Assembly (NCBI GenBank): GCA_965208105.1
Contig: OZ242318.1
Coordinates: 4,288,001-4,352,000, forward strand
DNA from: Candidatus Latescibacterota bacterium
GTDB taxonomy: Bacteria; Latescibacterota; UBA2968; UBA8231
DNA: 64,000 nt
Direction: 5' to 3'
Shown: positions 50,162 to 59,570 of the stretch, in pieces
Layout of the letters: every line of letters begins with the position of its first letter
Position numbering within the stretch: the stretch's first letter is position 1
The notes under the pieces: generated by a model
What the model was told of the DNA's origin: nothing
Databases searched by the model: none
Seen by the model: the letters and a program-made list of their open reading frames with translations, nothing else
Program-made: the position numbers and the translations under genes

Positions 50162-51634
50162 ATGCTGGAAGTACACAACGCCTTTCCCGTCAACAAAGTC
50201 GACGAAGCGGTCCTGTTTCCATTCGATACCTACAGCATCCCGTTCAGCACCGGGCTGCGGTTGCAGCTGGTGCCGGGAAAGACTCCCTACAACAAGCCCC
50301 CCATCGTACTGCGTACAGGCGAGCCGGGCTCGATCGATGACGAGAAGGTCGTTTTCTACGGCACGGTGATCGATTTCGATGGCGAGCTGCGCATGTGGTA
50401 CCAGGCCAAGAGCAGGCAGGACACGGAAGGGGGCCGCCGCCTGGGTTATGCGGTCAGTCGGGATGGGTACAATTGGGAACGACCGAACCTGGGTTTGATC
50501 GAGTTCAACGGCAACAAAAACAACAACATCGTCGACCTGTTCGACGGCAATCCCTGTCTGACCAGCGCGCCGGTGCTCTACGATCCGGACGACCCCGATC
50601 CCAACCGCCGCTTCAAGATGTGCATCGAGGCCAGCCAGTTCGTCAACAGCCTGGCGGTGGCCTACAGCCCCGACGGCTTGCGCTGGACGGAATCGCCCAA
50701 CAACCCGGTGGGTCCGGCCCAGGAGACTGGTAGCGTGGTCAAACACAACGGCTGTTATTACGTCACCTCCCAGGACGAGCTGGGCTACCACGGATCCCAC
50801 TTCGGCATCACCCGCAAGATGGTCACCTTCGCCTCCTACGACTTCGAGACCTGGACCCAGGCTTCCTGTCTCAGTTTCCGCCGCGACGACGTGCCGCCGC
50901 GGCGCATGGAGCCGCACCACAACATGGCCGAGGAAGCCCATCAGGGCGCGATGTTGCAGAGCCGGGGCAATGTGATCATCGGGTGCTACGACATGTGGCA
51001 CGGCAACCCGATGGGCGAGCAGAACCGCATCGACATGGACCTGGGCCTGGTGGTCTCCAACGATGCCATGCACTATCGCGAGCCGATTCCCGACTTCAAG
51101 TTTATCCCCGCCGCGGTCGAGCTGGAGCAACCCGATGGGATGGGCCGGGCGCTCACCCATGCCCACGGGCCGGCGATGGTCAACCGGGGCGACCGGACCC
51201 TGATGTGGTACGGGATGTTCTTCGGCAGCGACGTGCGCTGCGCCAGCTGGCACCTGGACCGGCTCGGCTGCTTCGAGACCTTCGACGAGATCATCTTCGG
51301 CGAGGGGGAGTTCTTTCCGATCACGCGGCCGAAGCCCCACTTCATAAGCTGCCCCATGCGCGGCGACGGTCCGCAGAAGGTGTTCGCCAATGCCGATCTG
51401 ACCGAGCACTGTCCGGTGACGGTGGAGGTGCTGGGCGAGGGGTTCCATCCGCTGCCGGGGTACTCCGGGGATGCTTGTGTACCGCTGAGCGAGGATGGTT
51501 TCCGGTTGCCGGTGCGCTGGAAGGAAAGGGATGAGCTGCCAGCGGGGGAGACGTTCCGCCTGCAGGTGAACTACGGCAACGGGCTGCGGCCGGAGGATGC
51601 CAAGGTCTACGCGCTGTACGTGGCGAAGGAGTAG
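50162..51634 (+). CDS. Beta-propeller glycoside hydrolase-like protein
   Basis: FYGTVI..GELRMWY, SRDGYNWERPNLG, DPDPNRRFKM, SPDGLRW, SNDAMHY. Confidence 0.7.
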   Translation: MLEVHNAFPVNKVDEAVLFPFDTYSIPFSTGLRLQLVPGKTPYNKPPIVLRTGEPGSIDDEKVVFYGTVIDFDGELRMWYQAKSRQDTEGGRRLGYAVSRDGYNWERPNLGLIEFNGNKNNNIVDLFDGNPCLTSAPVLYDPDDPDPNRRFKMCIEASQFVNSLAVAYSPDGLRWTESPNNPVGPAQETGSVVKHNGCYYVTSQDELGYHGSHFGITRKMVTFASYDFETWTQASCLSFRRDDVPPRRMEPHHNMAEEAHQGAMLQSRGNVIIGCYDMWHGNPMGEQNRIDMDLGLVVSNDAMHYREPIPDFKFIPAAVELEQPDGMGRALTHAHGPAMVNRGDRTLMWYGMFFGSDVRCASWHLDRLGCFETFDEIIFGEGEFFPITRPKPHFISCPMRGDGPQKVFANADLTEHCPVTVEVLGEGFHPLPGYSGDACVPLSEDGFRLPVRWKERDELPAGETFRLQVNYGNGLRPEDAKVYALYVAKE

Positions 51635-51706
51635 CGGGCTTTTTCCGGAATAGGACAGGATTGATCGCCCCGGTGCCTGGAGCAATCCGTCGAAAGGAGG
51701 ATCGCC

Positions 51707-53623
51707 ATGCGTCGCGACCTGCCCCTAGTACCCAACCTCCAGCAGCAGAAGACCCTCTCCAAAACCCTGCGCAAGCAGTGGACGGAGGCCGATCCGGATG
51801 CCTGCCAGCGCATCCGGGAGAGCCATCCGAAACTGCTCGAAGCGACCGACGCCGAGGTGGCGGCGTTCCCGTTCAAGCTCAGCGATGCGCAGCTGGTGAT
51901 CGCGCGTGAATACGGCATTACCAGCTGGCAAAAGCTCATCGACCGGATCGCCGAACGCCGGCCGGCAGTCGGGCTGAGCAGCCAGGAGAAGGCGCGGCTC
52001 CTGGTGGAGGACCCCTTCCTGGTGACGCACGGGACGACCCTGGGTGCGGATGCCGCAAAGGTCTGGCCGTTGATTGTGGCGGCGATGCGCGGGGACACAG
52101 AAACCCTCGAGTCCCACCTGGACGCCGACCCGAATCTGGTCAACGAGGAGTTTTTCTACTGTCCGCCGATTGTTTTCGCGGCGCAGGAAGGGCACACCCG
52201 GGCGGTGCAGGCGTTGATCGAGCGCGGCGCCAGTCCGACCGCCCACTCCTGGTACGGCGAGGATACGATCCTCAAGCTGGCGGAAGATCGCGGCCACCAG
52301 GAGACCGCCCGCATCATCCGCCATGCGGTTGCGGAACGGCACCGGTACGACGGGGGGGCGGAACGATTTCACGATGCCGTGGCCCAGGCGGATCGCGCAG
52401 GGGTTGCCGAGTTGTTGGCGGACAATCCGGAACTGGTCGACCAATCGGACCGCGAGGGGATCTCACCGCTTCACAAGGCGATCATCAACCGGGACCATGA
52501 ACTGGTCGAGCTGCTGATCGAGGGTGGTGCCGACCTCAATCAACCGGATGGCAGGGCGCGGATGCGGCCGATCGACCATGCCATCTGGAACGACTATTAC
52601 GGGCACGGATCAGAGGACCTGGATCTGGCGGAGCGGCTGTTGTCGAAGGGGGCAGATTACACCATCGATGTGGCGGTGGCCCGGAACGACCTCGATGGGG
52701 TCGAAGCGATGCTGAGGGCCGATCCGGAATCGGTGAATTTCGAATCCCCCATGGGCATGACGCCGAAGGCAGCCGCTGCCCAGCGCGGCAACCTGGAGAT
52801 GCTGCGTTTCTTGATCGATCACGGCGCTGACGCCACCCGGTGCGAAGGGCGCTGGGGGTTCGCGCTGCATGCGGCGGTCGCCAACGACCATTACCAGGTC
52901 GCCGAGCTCCTGCTCCAGCACGGCGCCGATCCCAACGCCTACGGTCAGGACTCCTCCGGGACCGCCACGTGGATGGCGACGTGGCATAGAAACAAAGCGC
53001 AAGGCAAGAATCGAAAGATGCTCGAGCTGCTGTACAGCTATGGTGGAGAGAACCAGGACCTGAGCGATACCGAACGGTTGCAGCAGATGTACGACCGCAA
53101 TCCGAACGATCCGCGCATGAGCGAGATGTACGTGTGGGTCGACAAGGATCCCGAACTGCTGGAGCGGATGCTGAAGCTTGGCATCCCGATGCCGTCGGCC
53201 CTCACCGCGTGCCAGGGGTATCTGTGGCGAGGCGGGATTGGCGCCTTTCGAACCCTTCTCGAGCATGGACTGGACCCGAACCTGCCGAATTACCTGCGGA
53301 TCACTCCATTGCACAAGCTGGCGGCGAGCCAGCATAACTATACTCCCACCGCCCGGCGTGAGGATGAAGACGAGAACGCAGAAAAAGCGGAGCTGGCACT
53401 GGAGTTCGGGGCCGATATCGACGCCATCGAGCTCCACCACGACGCAACGCCACTGGGGTGGGCAGCGCGTTTCGGAAGTTACAAGATGGCGGAGTTTCTG
53501 CTGAAGAAGGGAGCGGATCCGAATCTGGCCGGCGCATCCTGGGCACGGCCGATTGCGGTAGCAGCCAGGGAAGGGCACGAAAAGGTGGCCGAGCTATTGA
53601 AGCGTCATGGAGCAACGAACTAG
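51707..53623 (+). CDS. Ankyrin repeat protein
   Basis: PNLQQQK..LSDAQLVIAREYG..SW N-terminal domain; many ankyrin repeats. Confidence 0.9.
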   Translation: MRRDLPLVPNLQQQKTLSKTLRKQWTEADPDACQRIRESHPKLLEATDAEVAAFPFKLSDAQLVIAREYGITSWQKLIDRIAERRPAVGLSSQEKARLLVEDPFLVTHGTTLGADAAKVWPLIVAAMRGDTETLESHLDADPNLVNEEFFYCPPIVFAAQEGHTRAVQALIERGASPTAHSWYGEDTILKLAEDRGHQETARIIRHAVAERHRYDGGAERFHDAVAQADRAGVAELLADNPELVDQSDREGISPLHKAIINRDHELVELLIEGGADLNQPDGRARMRPIDHAIWNDYYGHGSEDLDLAERLLSKGADYTIDVAVARNDLDGVEAMLRADPESVNFESPMGMTPKAAAAQRGNLEMLRFLIDHGADATRCEGRWGFALHAAVANDHYQVAELLLQHGADPNAYGQDSSGTATWMATWHRNKAQGKNRKMLELLYSYGGENQDLSDTERLQQMYDRNPNDPRMSEMYVWVDKDPELLERMLKLGIPMPSALTACQGYLWRGGIGAFRTLLEHGLDPNLPNYLRITPLHKLAASQHNYTPTARREDEDENAEKAELALEFGADIDAIELHHDATPLGWAARFGSYKMAEFLLKKGADPNLAGASWARPIAVAAREGHEKVAELLKRHGATN

Positions 53624-53631
53624 AGAATCCG

Positions 53632-53680
53632 ATGACTGACTGTGTCTTCTGCGACATCTTGTCAGATAGGACGCCATCGA
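53632..53680 (+). pseudogene. HIT family protein N-terminal stub
   Basis: MTDCVFCDIL...PSS cut by oriIS remnant. Confidence 0.65.
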
Positions 53681-53785
53681 GCACGGTCGAAGGACGGGCA
53701 AACGATGCTTCGGGAGCTGCCTGACCCAGGCGGTACGCTCAGCGCCTTGACCGAGAGTCCAAAAAGGTCCCCATTTTACCTATAT
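53678..53785 (+). mobile_element. oriIS remnant 8 (family A)
   Basis: CGGTCGAAGGACGGGCAAACGAT...CGCCTTGACCGAGAGTCCAAAAAGGTCCCCATTTTACCTATA. Confidence 0.85.
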
Positions 53786-53864
53786 GTAGGATGTGACTAG
53801 GGTCGTAGAGCGGATAATAGCCGAGCCGTTCGAGTGACGCGCATCCGACTCATGGAGCAGTTGC

Positions 53865-55064
53865 GTGTTCGTATTAGAGAGTTCGATACCAAAGCGTCTG
53901 ATGAAGGCGCTGGAAATGAACTACCGAGCCTATAGGCATCGCGAGTGCCGCCGAGCAGGTGGAGAGGTGTGTTCCCGAGGAGGGCTCTCGTGGACTCGGC
54001 AAGAGAATGCAACTGAGCTTTTGTTTCCACGACTCCCAGCAGAGAAAGCAGATGCTGAATTATGCCGATTCCTGAGGGACCAGATACGCGGCAGGTCGTC
54101 GGAGGTGGAAGCAACTCTTGGCACGGAATGCACGCCAAGAGGCATCGTCGCTCACTTGATTTCGGTGGGATTCGAGATTCCGCCAGGTGGAGGAATTCCC
54201 GGGATGGCTGCGAGGATACGGCAGATTCCGAACCGTCCTCCTACGGATGGTATAGTTCTGCAACCGACGCTCGATTCCGAGAGTACTTTTCGCCTTGAGG
54301 CGCGGTCGCGTCAGTCGTTCGTGGGAACGGTGTTGGTCGAGTGCGCCTCCGGAGTTGCGGGTATCTACGACTTGAGGGTGGAAAGTCGCTTCCGCTTGCG
54401 CGGCATCGGATCGCGGTTGATGGAAGGTGCAATGCGCTGGGCTCGAAGGCGTGGCTTCAAGATCGCTGTGCTCGCAGCCAATCCTCTGGCGGCCTCGCTG
54501 TATGCGAGGCTTGGGTTCGGTGAAGTCGGTCGCATCTGGTATTGCAGCCTTTCAAAGGGAGCCCTGTCTAACAAACCAATGAATTCGAGGCAGCGGCGAA
54601 TGGTTGTTGCCTCCTACATGGGTAGACTATCCGAATTGATGAAGATTGCAAAGAGAGAGTCGTTCCGATTCACTACTCCAGTTGGCCTGAACCTCATGCA
54701 AGTTGCGGCCTCTAAACGCCAGATTCGAGTGGGAAGGTGGCTTCTTGAAAGAGGCGTAGCTCTGGATCCCCTCTCAGCCTGGGACCTGGGATGGGGTGAC
54801 CGGTTGCCGGATGTGTGCGCAAATGATCGTGGAGCGATCGATCGAAAAATCTCCGGTATGACGCCGCTACATCAGGCCGTGCTTCGGAGGGACACGAACG
54901 TGGATAGCGATCTGAGCTTGCTCAAGGTGCTTCTGAAAGCCGGGGCGGATACGACCATCACCGATGATGAGTTCAACGCAACAGCACTGGGGTGGGCTAA
55001 AGTGTTTGGCGACGCCGAGGCAGAGGAGCTCCTGTCTGGGGCAGGGGTAAGCAATAACGCTTAG
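53865..55064 (+). CDS. GNAT acetyltransferase-ankyrin fusion
   Basis: AGIYDLRV..FRLRGIGS..LYARLGF, then TPLHQAV..LLKAGAD..TALGWA; start uncertain. Confidence 0.75.
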   Translation: MFVLESSIPKRLMKALEMNYRAYRHRECRRAGGEVCSRGGLSWTRQENATELLFPRLPAEKADAELCRFLRDQIRGRSSEVEATLGTECTPRGIVAHLISVGFEIPPGGGIPGMAARIRQIPNRPPTDGIVLQPTLDSESTFRLEARSRQSFVGTVLVECASGVAGIYDLRVESRFRLRGIGSRLMEGAMRWARRRGFKIAVLAANPLAASLYARLGFGEVGRIWYCSLSKGALSNKPMNSRQRRMVVASYMGRLSELMKIAKRESFRFTTPVGLNLMQVAASKRQIRVGRWLLERGVALDPLSAWDLGWGDRLPDVCANDRGAIDRKISGMTPLHQAVLRRDTNVDSDLSLLKVLLKAGADTTITDDEFNATALGWAKVFGDAEAEELLSGAGVSNNA

Positions 55065-55264
55065 TCTGCGGTGAGAAGCCGCCCCGATGACCGCAGCCAT
55101 ATGGATCGATTTGATCCTCGGCGTATCATTCTATGCCGCCCCGATCAAATTCACCGCCAATGGGGTTAGCTTCGAACACCTTCTCCTGGTTGGCCAGGTC
55201 ACGTTTCAAACCTTTACGGGATAGAATTTGCTGCCTTCGTGCTGCTCGTCATTGCATCGATAGG

Positions 55265-55500
55265 TCGACGGACACACCGGATCACGATGGGTACCGGACA
55301 TATCGACCGGGGCGACTCGGCCTTTCCCACCCTGGTTCCGTTGGACAACGGAGAGATCGTCTGTGGTTTTAGTCGCGGCGGCGGAGCTCATGTCAGTGGG
55401 GGCACCCACTGCGCGCGTTCTGCCGATGGTGGCTCAACCTGGACCTATACGGGAGTGATTCTCGATCGGGCCGAGGATCCGGTAAAGACGAACCATCTGC
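55265..55500 (+). pseudogene. BNR/sialidase-like fragment
   Basis: SAFPTLVPLDNGEIVCGF..RSADGGSTW; cut by transposase remnant. Confidence 0.6.
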
Positions 55501-55770
55501 GCCTCCGCCGAGGGGCCCGCCGCATCCGCAGTTCGAGTTCGTAGCCTGATCTGCCTTCTCGACCCGGCGCCGGGCGTATGGCGAGGTGTGCCCTCAACGC
55601 TCCCTCAGGCCCCGAATTGATCCGGATCCGGGCCGACAGGCAACCAGAATGGACTCCGAGCTCGGTCGAAGGATGGGCAAACGATGCTCCGGGAGCTGCC
55701 TGACCCTGGCGGTACGCTCAGCGCCTTGACCGAGAGTCCAAAAAGGTCCCCATTTTAATTTTACCTATAC
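55499..55770 (+). mobile_element. Transposase tail plus oriIS remnant 9 (family A)
   Basis: PPPR..PHPQFEFVA* then near-identity to 31416-31630; ends TTACCTATAC. Confidence 0.88.
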
Positions 55771-55910
55771 TAATGATAACCTTTCACGCCCCCTGAAAAG
55801 AACCGAAGAAACTTGAATGTGGTGCCACGAAGGAGGCAATAAAGATCAGCGTAGGTGAACTGGCCATGTGGTCAATCGTTGAGATCGATATTTAGATTGC
55901 GAAGGAGGCC

Positions 55911-56465
55911 ATGATGATCGAACAGAATCACCTGGACCTTTTACTCGACCTGAACACTGACGAAAACCCTCACAGCGGTGGGGATCTAATAGACCATCTT
56001 CGGGGAACACACGACTTTCTCCAGGCCTGGGGCAACGACCAGGCCGTGTGTCTTGGAGGTTTGTTTCATAGCATCTACGGCACGCAATCCTACAAGACAG
56101 AGTCAGCGTCCCTTGAAGACCGGCAACGCATCCGCGAAGTGATTGGCGAGAGGGCCGAGCGATTGGCTTTTCTCTTCAGCGTTTCGATCCGCAGTGGGTT
56201 TTTCGAAGGGATAGGAAAGGAGGGGGCAACTGTGTGGAACCGTGTTCACGAGGAGGACACACCCATCGCGCAAGCGGATCTTCGCGACCTCATCGAAATG
56301 GAGGTTGCCAACTATCTGGAATTCATGCCGAGATCCCATTTCACGGTTGAGGAACTTGACACGTTCGAGGCCAAAGTTGAGCGAGGAAAGCCCTTTCTCT
56401 CACCCCTGGCCTACGAAGCGATCAAGGCAGGAATCAGATCGAAACGCCTTGCCATAGCCTCGTAG
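55911..56465 (+). CDS. HD-like/DUF6817 domain protein
   Basis: PHSGGDLIDHLRGT, GLFHSIYGT, IGERAERL; RBS AAGGAGG. Confidence 0.75.
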   Translation: MMIEQNHLDLLLDLNTDENPHSGGDLIDHLRGTHDFLQAWGNDQAVCLGGLFHSIYGTQSYKTESASLEDRQRIREVIGERAERLAFLFSVSIRSGFFEGIGKEGATVWNRVHEEDTPIAQADLRDLIEMEVANYLEFMPRSHFTVEELDTFEAKVERGKPFLSPLAYEAIKAGIRSKRLAIAS

Positions 56466-56715
56466 GGAGAGAAGTGACTTCACATAACACGACTGTACCT
56501 GGCTTCGGGCCGCCATGCGCCTTCGCCGAATTCCTTTACAACGGTGCACGGGGCCGGCGGCAACTGTCCGACGGGGAACGGGGCCGCATAAGAGAGCAGT
56601 ATCGGTCTCCCCATATCGGTCCGGGACTCGGAGAGGTTATCGACAACAGTCGTCAGAGCCCGGAGGAGACACTGGCGCTGATCCGTACTTCCTTGGGCGT
56701 GAAGGAGGTGTAAGG

Positions 56716-57654
56716 ATGCTGTCGCAGGCTCAACTGGACGAGTTCAAGGCCGAAGGGGCGGTCCCTGTACCGGGCCTGGTGCCTCCCGATGTGCTGGAGG
56801 GATGGCAGGCTGAGTTCCGCCGCGCCTGCTCCGACGACGGCGTCGACCTCGGCGACCCGGCCACCTGGCCTGCCGGGCGGTATGCGCCCGAGGGCGGGTG
56901 GCCCGAGCTGAGCCCGTGCCTGTACGACCTGCCCGACCTCCAGTCGATCGTGGAGCAGCTTGGCGGCGGCGCTTTCGCTCCCTCCCACCCGGCGGGGCAG
57001 CCGTGGTCGCCGCAGGTGCCGATGACGCGGGTGATCCTGCCGAGCGAGCCGGGCACGGAGTGGACGCCGCCTGTTGACGGCCACCTCGATGGGTACGCGA
57101 CGGGCTGGGGCGGTGGGTTCATGGCGTTCTTCGTGGTGCTGCTGTGGGACGTGAGCAGCCCAAGGGGCGGGGGCACGGCCTGGTGGCCGCGGTCGCACCT
57201 GGCGAACCACCGCTACTTCCTCGAATACCCGGAGCGCTTCGACGGCTCCTATCTTTTCACGGAGCCGGTGCGCAGCGGCGGACACCGGGCGATTCTGGAA
57301 GGGGACCCGCGTGTGGGCGAGGTGGAATGCATGACCGGCCGGGCAGGGGACGCGCTGCTGCTGCACGGCCTCACCACCCACGTCAACTCGGCGAACGAGG
57401 CGGGGTCACGGCAACCGCGGGTGGCGCAGTTCGCGCGCTATTCCCACAGGAAGATGCGCGAGCAGGCGCCGATGGTCATGTTCCCCGACAAGGACGGGAA
57501 GCCATGGTCGCCCCCGCCTCGGGGCAAGGACACGCCCGAAGAGGAAGTGACTGGGACGGGCTTTCTGCCGCCAGATCACCCGGGGCGGAAGTTCGAGCGC
57601 TACGACGTGCCGCGGAACCTCTGGAAGTACTGGGGTCCCGCTCTCAACACCTGA
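56716..57654 (+). CDS. PhyH family dioxygenase
   Basis: QLDEFKAEG, GHLDG, GGGTAWWPRSH, AGDALLLH...H, PR. Confidence 0.82.
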   Translation: MLSQAQLDEFKAEGAVPVPGLVPPDVLEGWQAEFRRACSDDGVDLGDPATWPAGRYAPEGGWPELSPCLYDLPDLQSIVEQLGGGAFAPSHPAGQPWSPQVPMTRVILPSEPGTEWTPPVDGHLDGYATGWGGGFMAFFVVLLWDVSSPRGGGTAWWPRSHLANHRYFLEYPERFDGSYLFTEPVRSGGHRAILEGDPRVGEVECMTGRAGDALLLHGLTTHVNSANEAGSRQPRVAQFARYSHRKMREQAPMVMFPDKDGKPWSPPPRGKDTPEEEVTGTGFLPPDHPGRKFERYDVPRNLWKYWGPALNT

Positions 57655-58672
57655 CTCCTCGCAGCGCAGGCATATCGACCGCGTCGTCGCGGCGCTCGTG
57701 CATGTTCGCTTCCATGGCTTCAGGGTAGCGATGCGGGAGGTGGGAAACCTGGTCGAGCCGGGCGCGGGCATCGTCCGGAAGACAAAAGCTGCCGGCGAGC
57801 ATGTTGTCTCGCGCCTGCTCGACCGTGCGCGCGCCAATGATGACCGAAGTGATGGCCGGTTGTTCCAGCACCCAGCGCAGGGCAACTTGCGCCGGTGAAC
57901 GGCCCATCTCGTCGGCTACCGCCAAGAGCGTCTCCAAGGTCTCGTCGGCATTGGCGGCAAAATAGCTTTGCGGGTAGGCCCAGGCATCCGCGGAACGCGT
58001 GCCCGCTACGGTGCGCTCGCCGGGCTTGTACTTGCCGGAGAGAAAGCCGCCGCCGAGCGGACTCCACACCACCACGCCCAATCCCTTGAGCTGACAGACG
58101 GGAATCAGCTCCTGCTCAATGTCGCGCACGACCAGGCTGTATTGCGGTTGATAGCACTCGAAGCGCGCCAGGCCATTCGCGTCCGATATCCACAACGCCT
58201 CCATCAAACGCCAGGCCTGATAGTTGGAACAGGCGGTATAGCGCACCTTGCCTTGGCGAACCAAATCGTCGAGCGCGCGCAGCATCTCCTCCAACGGGGT
58301 CTGAGTATCCACGTGGTGAATGTAATAGAGGTCGATGTAATCTGTCTGGAGCCGATGGAGACTGTCTTCGACGGCGTTCATAATGCGCACCCGCGACATC
58401 CCCGAGTCGTTGGGACCAGGCCCCATAGGGTTGAAGAACTTGGTGGCAATGACCGCATCGCGGCGGCGGCCCTTGAGCGCCTTGCCGGTGAAGACCTCGG
58501 ACTCGCCGCCGCCATAAGAATCGGCCGTGTCGAAGAAATTGATGCCTGCGTCAAACGCCAGATCGACGATCCGCCGGGACTCCTTCTCGTCGGTGCTGTG
58601 GCCAAAAGTCATAGTGCCCAGGCAAACTTCCGATGCTTTGAGGCCCGTGCGACCCATTCTGCGGTATTCCAT
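57644..58672 (-). CDS. Aldo/keto reductase
   Basis: GTMTFG, FFDTADSY, IATK, DYIDLY, GKVRY, WSPLGGG. Confidence 0.95.
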   Translation of the reverse strand: MEYRRMGRTGLKASEVCLGTMTFGHSTDEKESRRIVDLAFDAGINFFDTADSYGGGESEVFTGKALKGRRRDAVIATKFFNPMGPGPNDSGMSRVRIMNAVEDSLHRLQTDYIDLYYIHHVDTQTPLEEMLRALDDLVRQGKVRYTACSNYQAWRLMEALWISDANGLARFECYQPQYSLVVRDIEQELIPVCQLKGLGVVVWSPLGGGFLSGKYKPGERTVAGTRSADAWAYPQSYFAANADETLETLLAVADEMGRSPAQVALRWVLEQPAITSVIIGARTVEQARDNMLAGSFCLPDDARARLDQVSHLPHRYPEAMEANMHERRDDAVDMPALRGVRC

Positions 58673-58714
58673 TATCTGAATCCCTTATCTATTGGATGTG
58701 AACGCGGATGAAGG

Positions 58715-58819
58715 ATGAGGAGGAATGCTCCTTGTCCATGTGGCAGCGGTAAAGAATACAAGAAATGCCACGGTAGTACTTCGTGGTGTGTTTCCCCCGT
58801 TTTGTCAAGGGCTTGGTAA
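58715..58819 (+). pseudogene. SEC-C motif mini-ORF or fragment
   Basis: [20 protein letters not shown]. Confidence 0.6.
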
Positions 58820-58888
58820 GAAATTGCAACTGCTGAGCCGTCATTAACCTGGAGGGGTGTGTCGTAGCGCAAGTTCCTTTTTTACCTT

Positions 58889-59161
58889 GCCCCGCCGAGG
58901 GCCCCGCCGCAGCCTCAGTTCGAGTTCATAGCCTGACCTCCTCCGTGATTCGCTCCCTGCGCCGAGAGCCGTACGGCGGAGTGCGCCCTCAAAAACCAGG
59001 TTGACTCCTGAACCGCGCCGAAATCCTTTACAACCGTGCTCGGAGCATTCCGGAACGATTCGGTGCGACGACCAGCGATTCATCAGGGACCCTACCGGAC
59101 CCTTGACAACGGTTTCAGCGAATGGCATGGTACCGATATCGGCGCCTTATTTTTTCTTTAC
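58889..59161 (+). mobile_element. Transposase tail plus oriIS remnant 10 (family B)
   Basis: PPRAPPQPQFEFIA* (same tail as family A), then family B end ...CCTTATTTTTTCTTTAC. Confidence 0.85.
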
Positions 59162-59178
59162 ATTGGAGCCAGTGAAGA

Positions 59179-59570
59179 ATGATTGCACTGGACACCAACG
59201 TCCTCGTTCGGTTTCTCGTGCGGGACAACGAGGCGCAGGCCGCGGCCGCCGGGACTCTACTGTCTTCGCTGACGGCTGACCAACCCAGGTTTGTCTGCCG
59301 GGAAGTCATTGTCGAGCTCGTCTGGGTCCTGGAACGGGCTTACGGCTTTTCCACGGAACATGTTGCCGGCGTACTGGAGCACCTGGTCTCAACGGACGTA
59401 CTGGTGGTGGAGGCCGCCACCGATGTCGCGCGTGTTGCGTTCGGATACGGGACGGGCAGCGCGGGATTCTCCGACCTGATGATACTGGCTGCCGCCGAAC
59501 GATCGAACGCCCTGCATCAGTAAACTTTCGACCAGAAGGCCGCAAGGCCGGAAGGAGCTACTTTATTACA
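59179..59570 (+). pseudogene. PIN-domain (VapC-like) gene with in-frame stop
   Basis: MIALDTNVLVRFL..ELVWVL..GFSDLMI; TAA at 59521 followed in frame by TFDQKAAR. Confidence 0.75.

Noticed and set aside
59521-59523. Stop-codon recoding
   Set aside because: It is TAA, and TAA, TAG and TGA all end other genes normally; a nonsense mutation is simpler.
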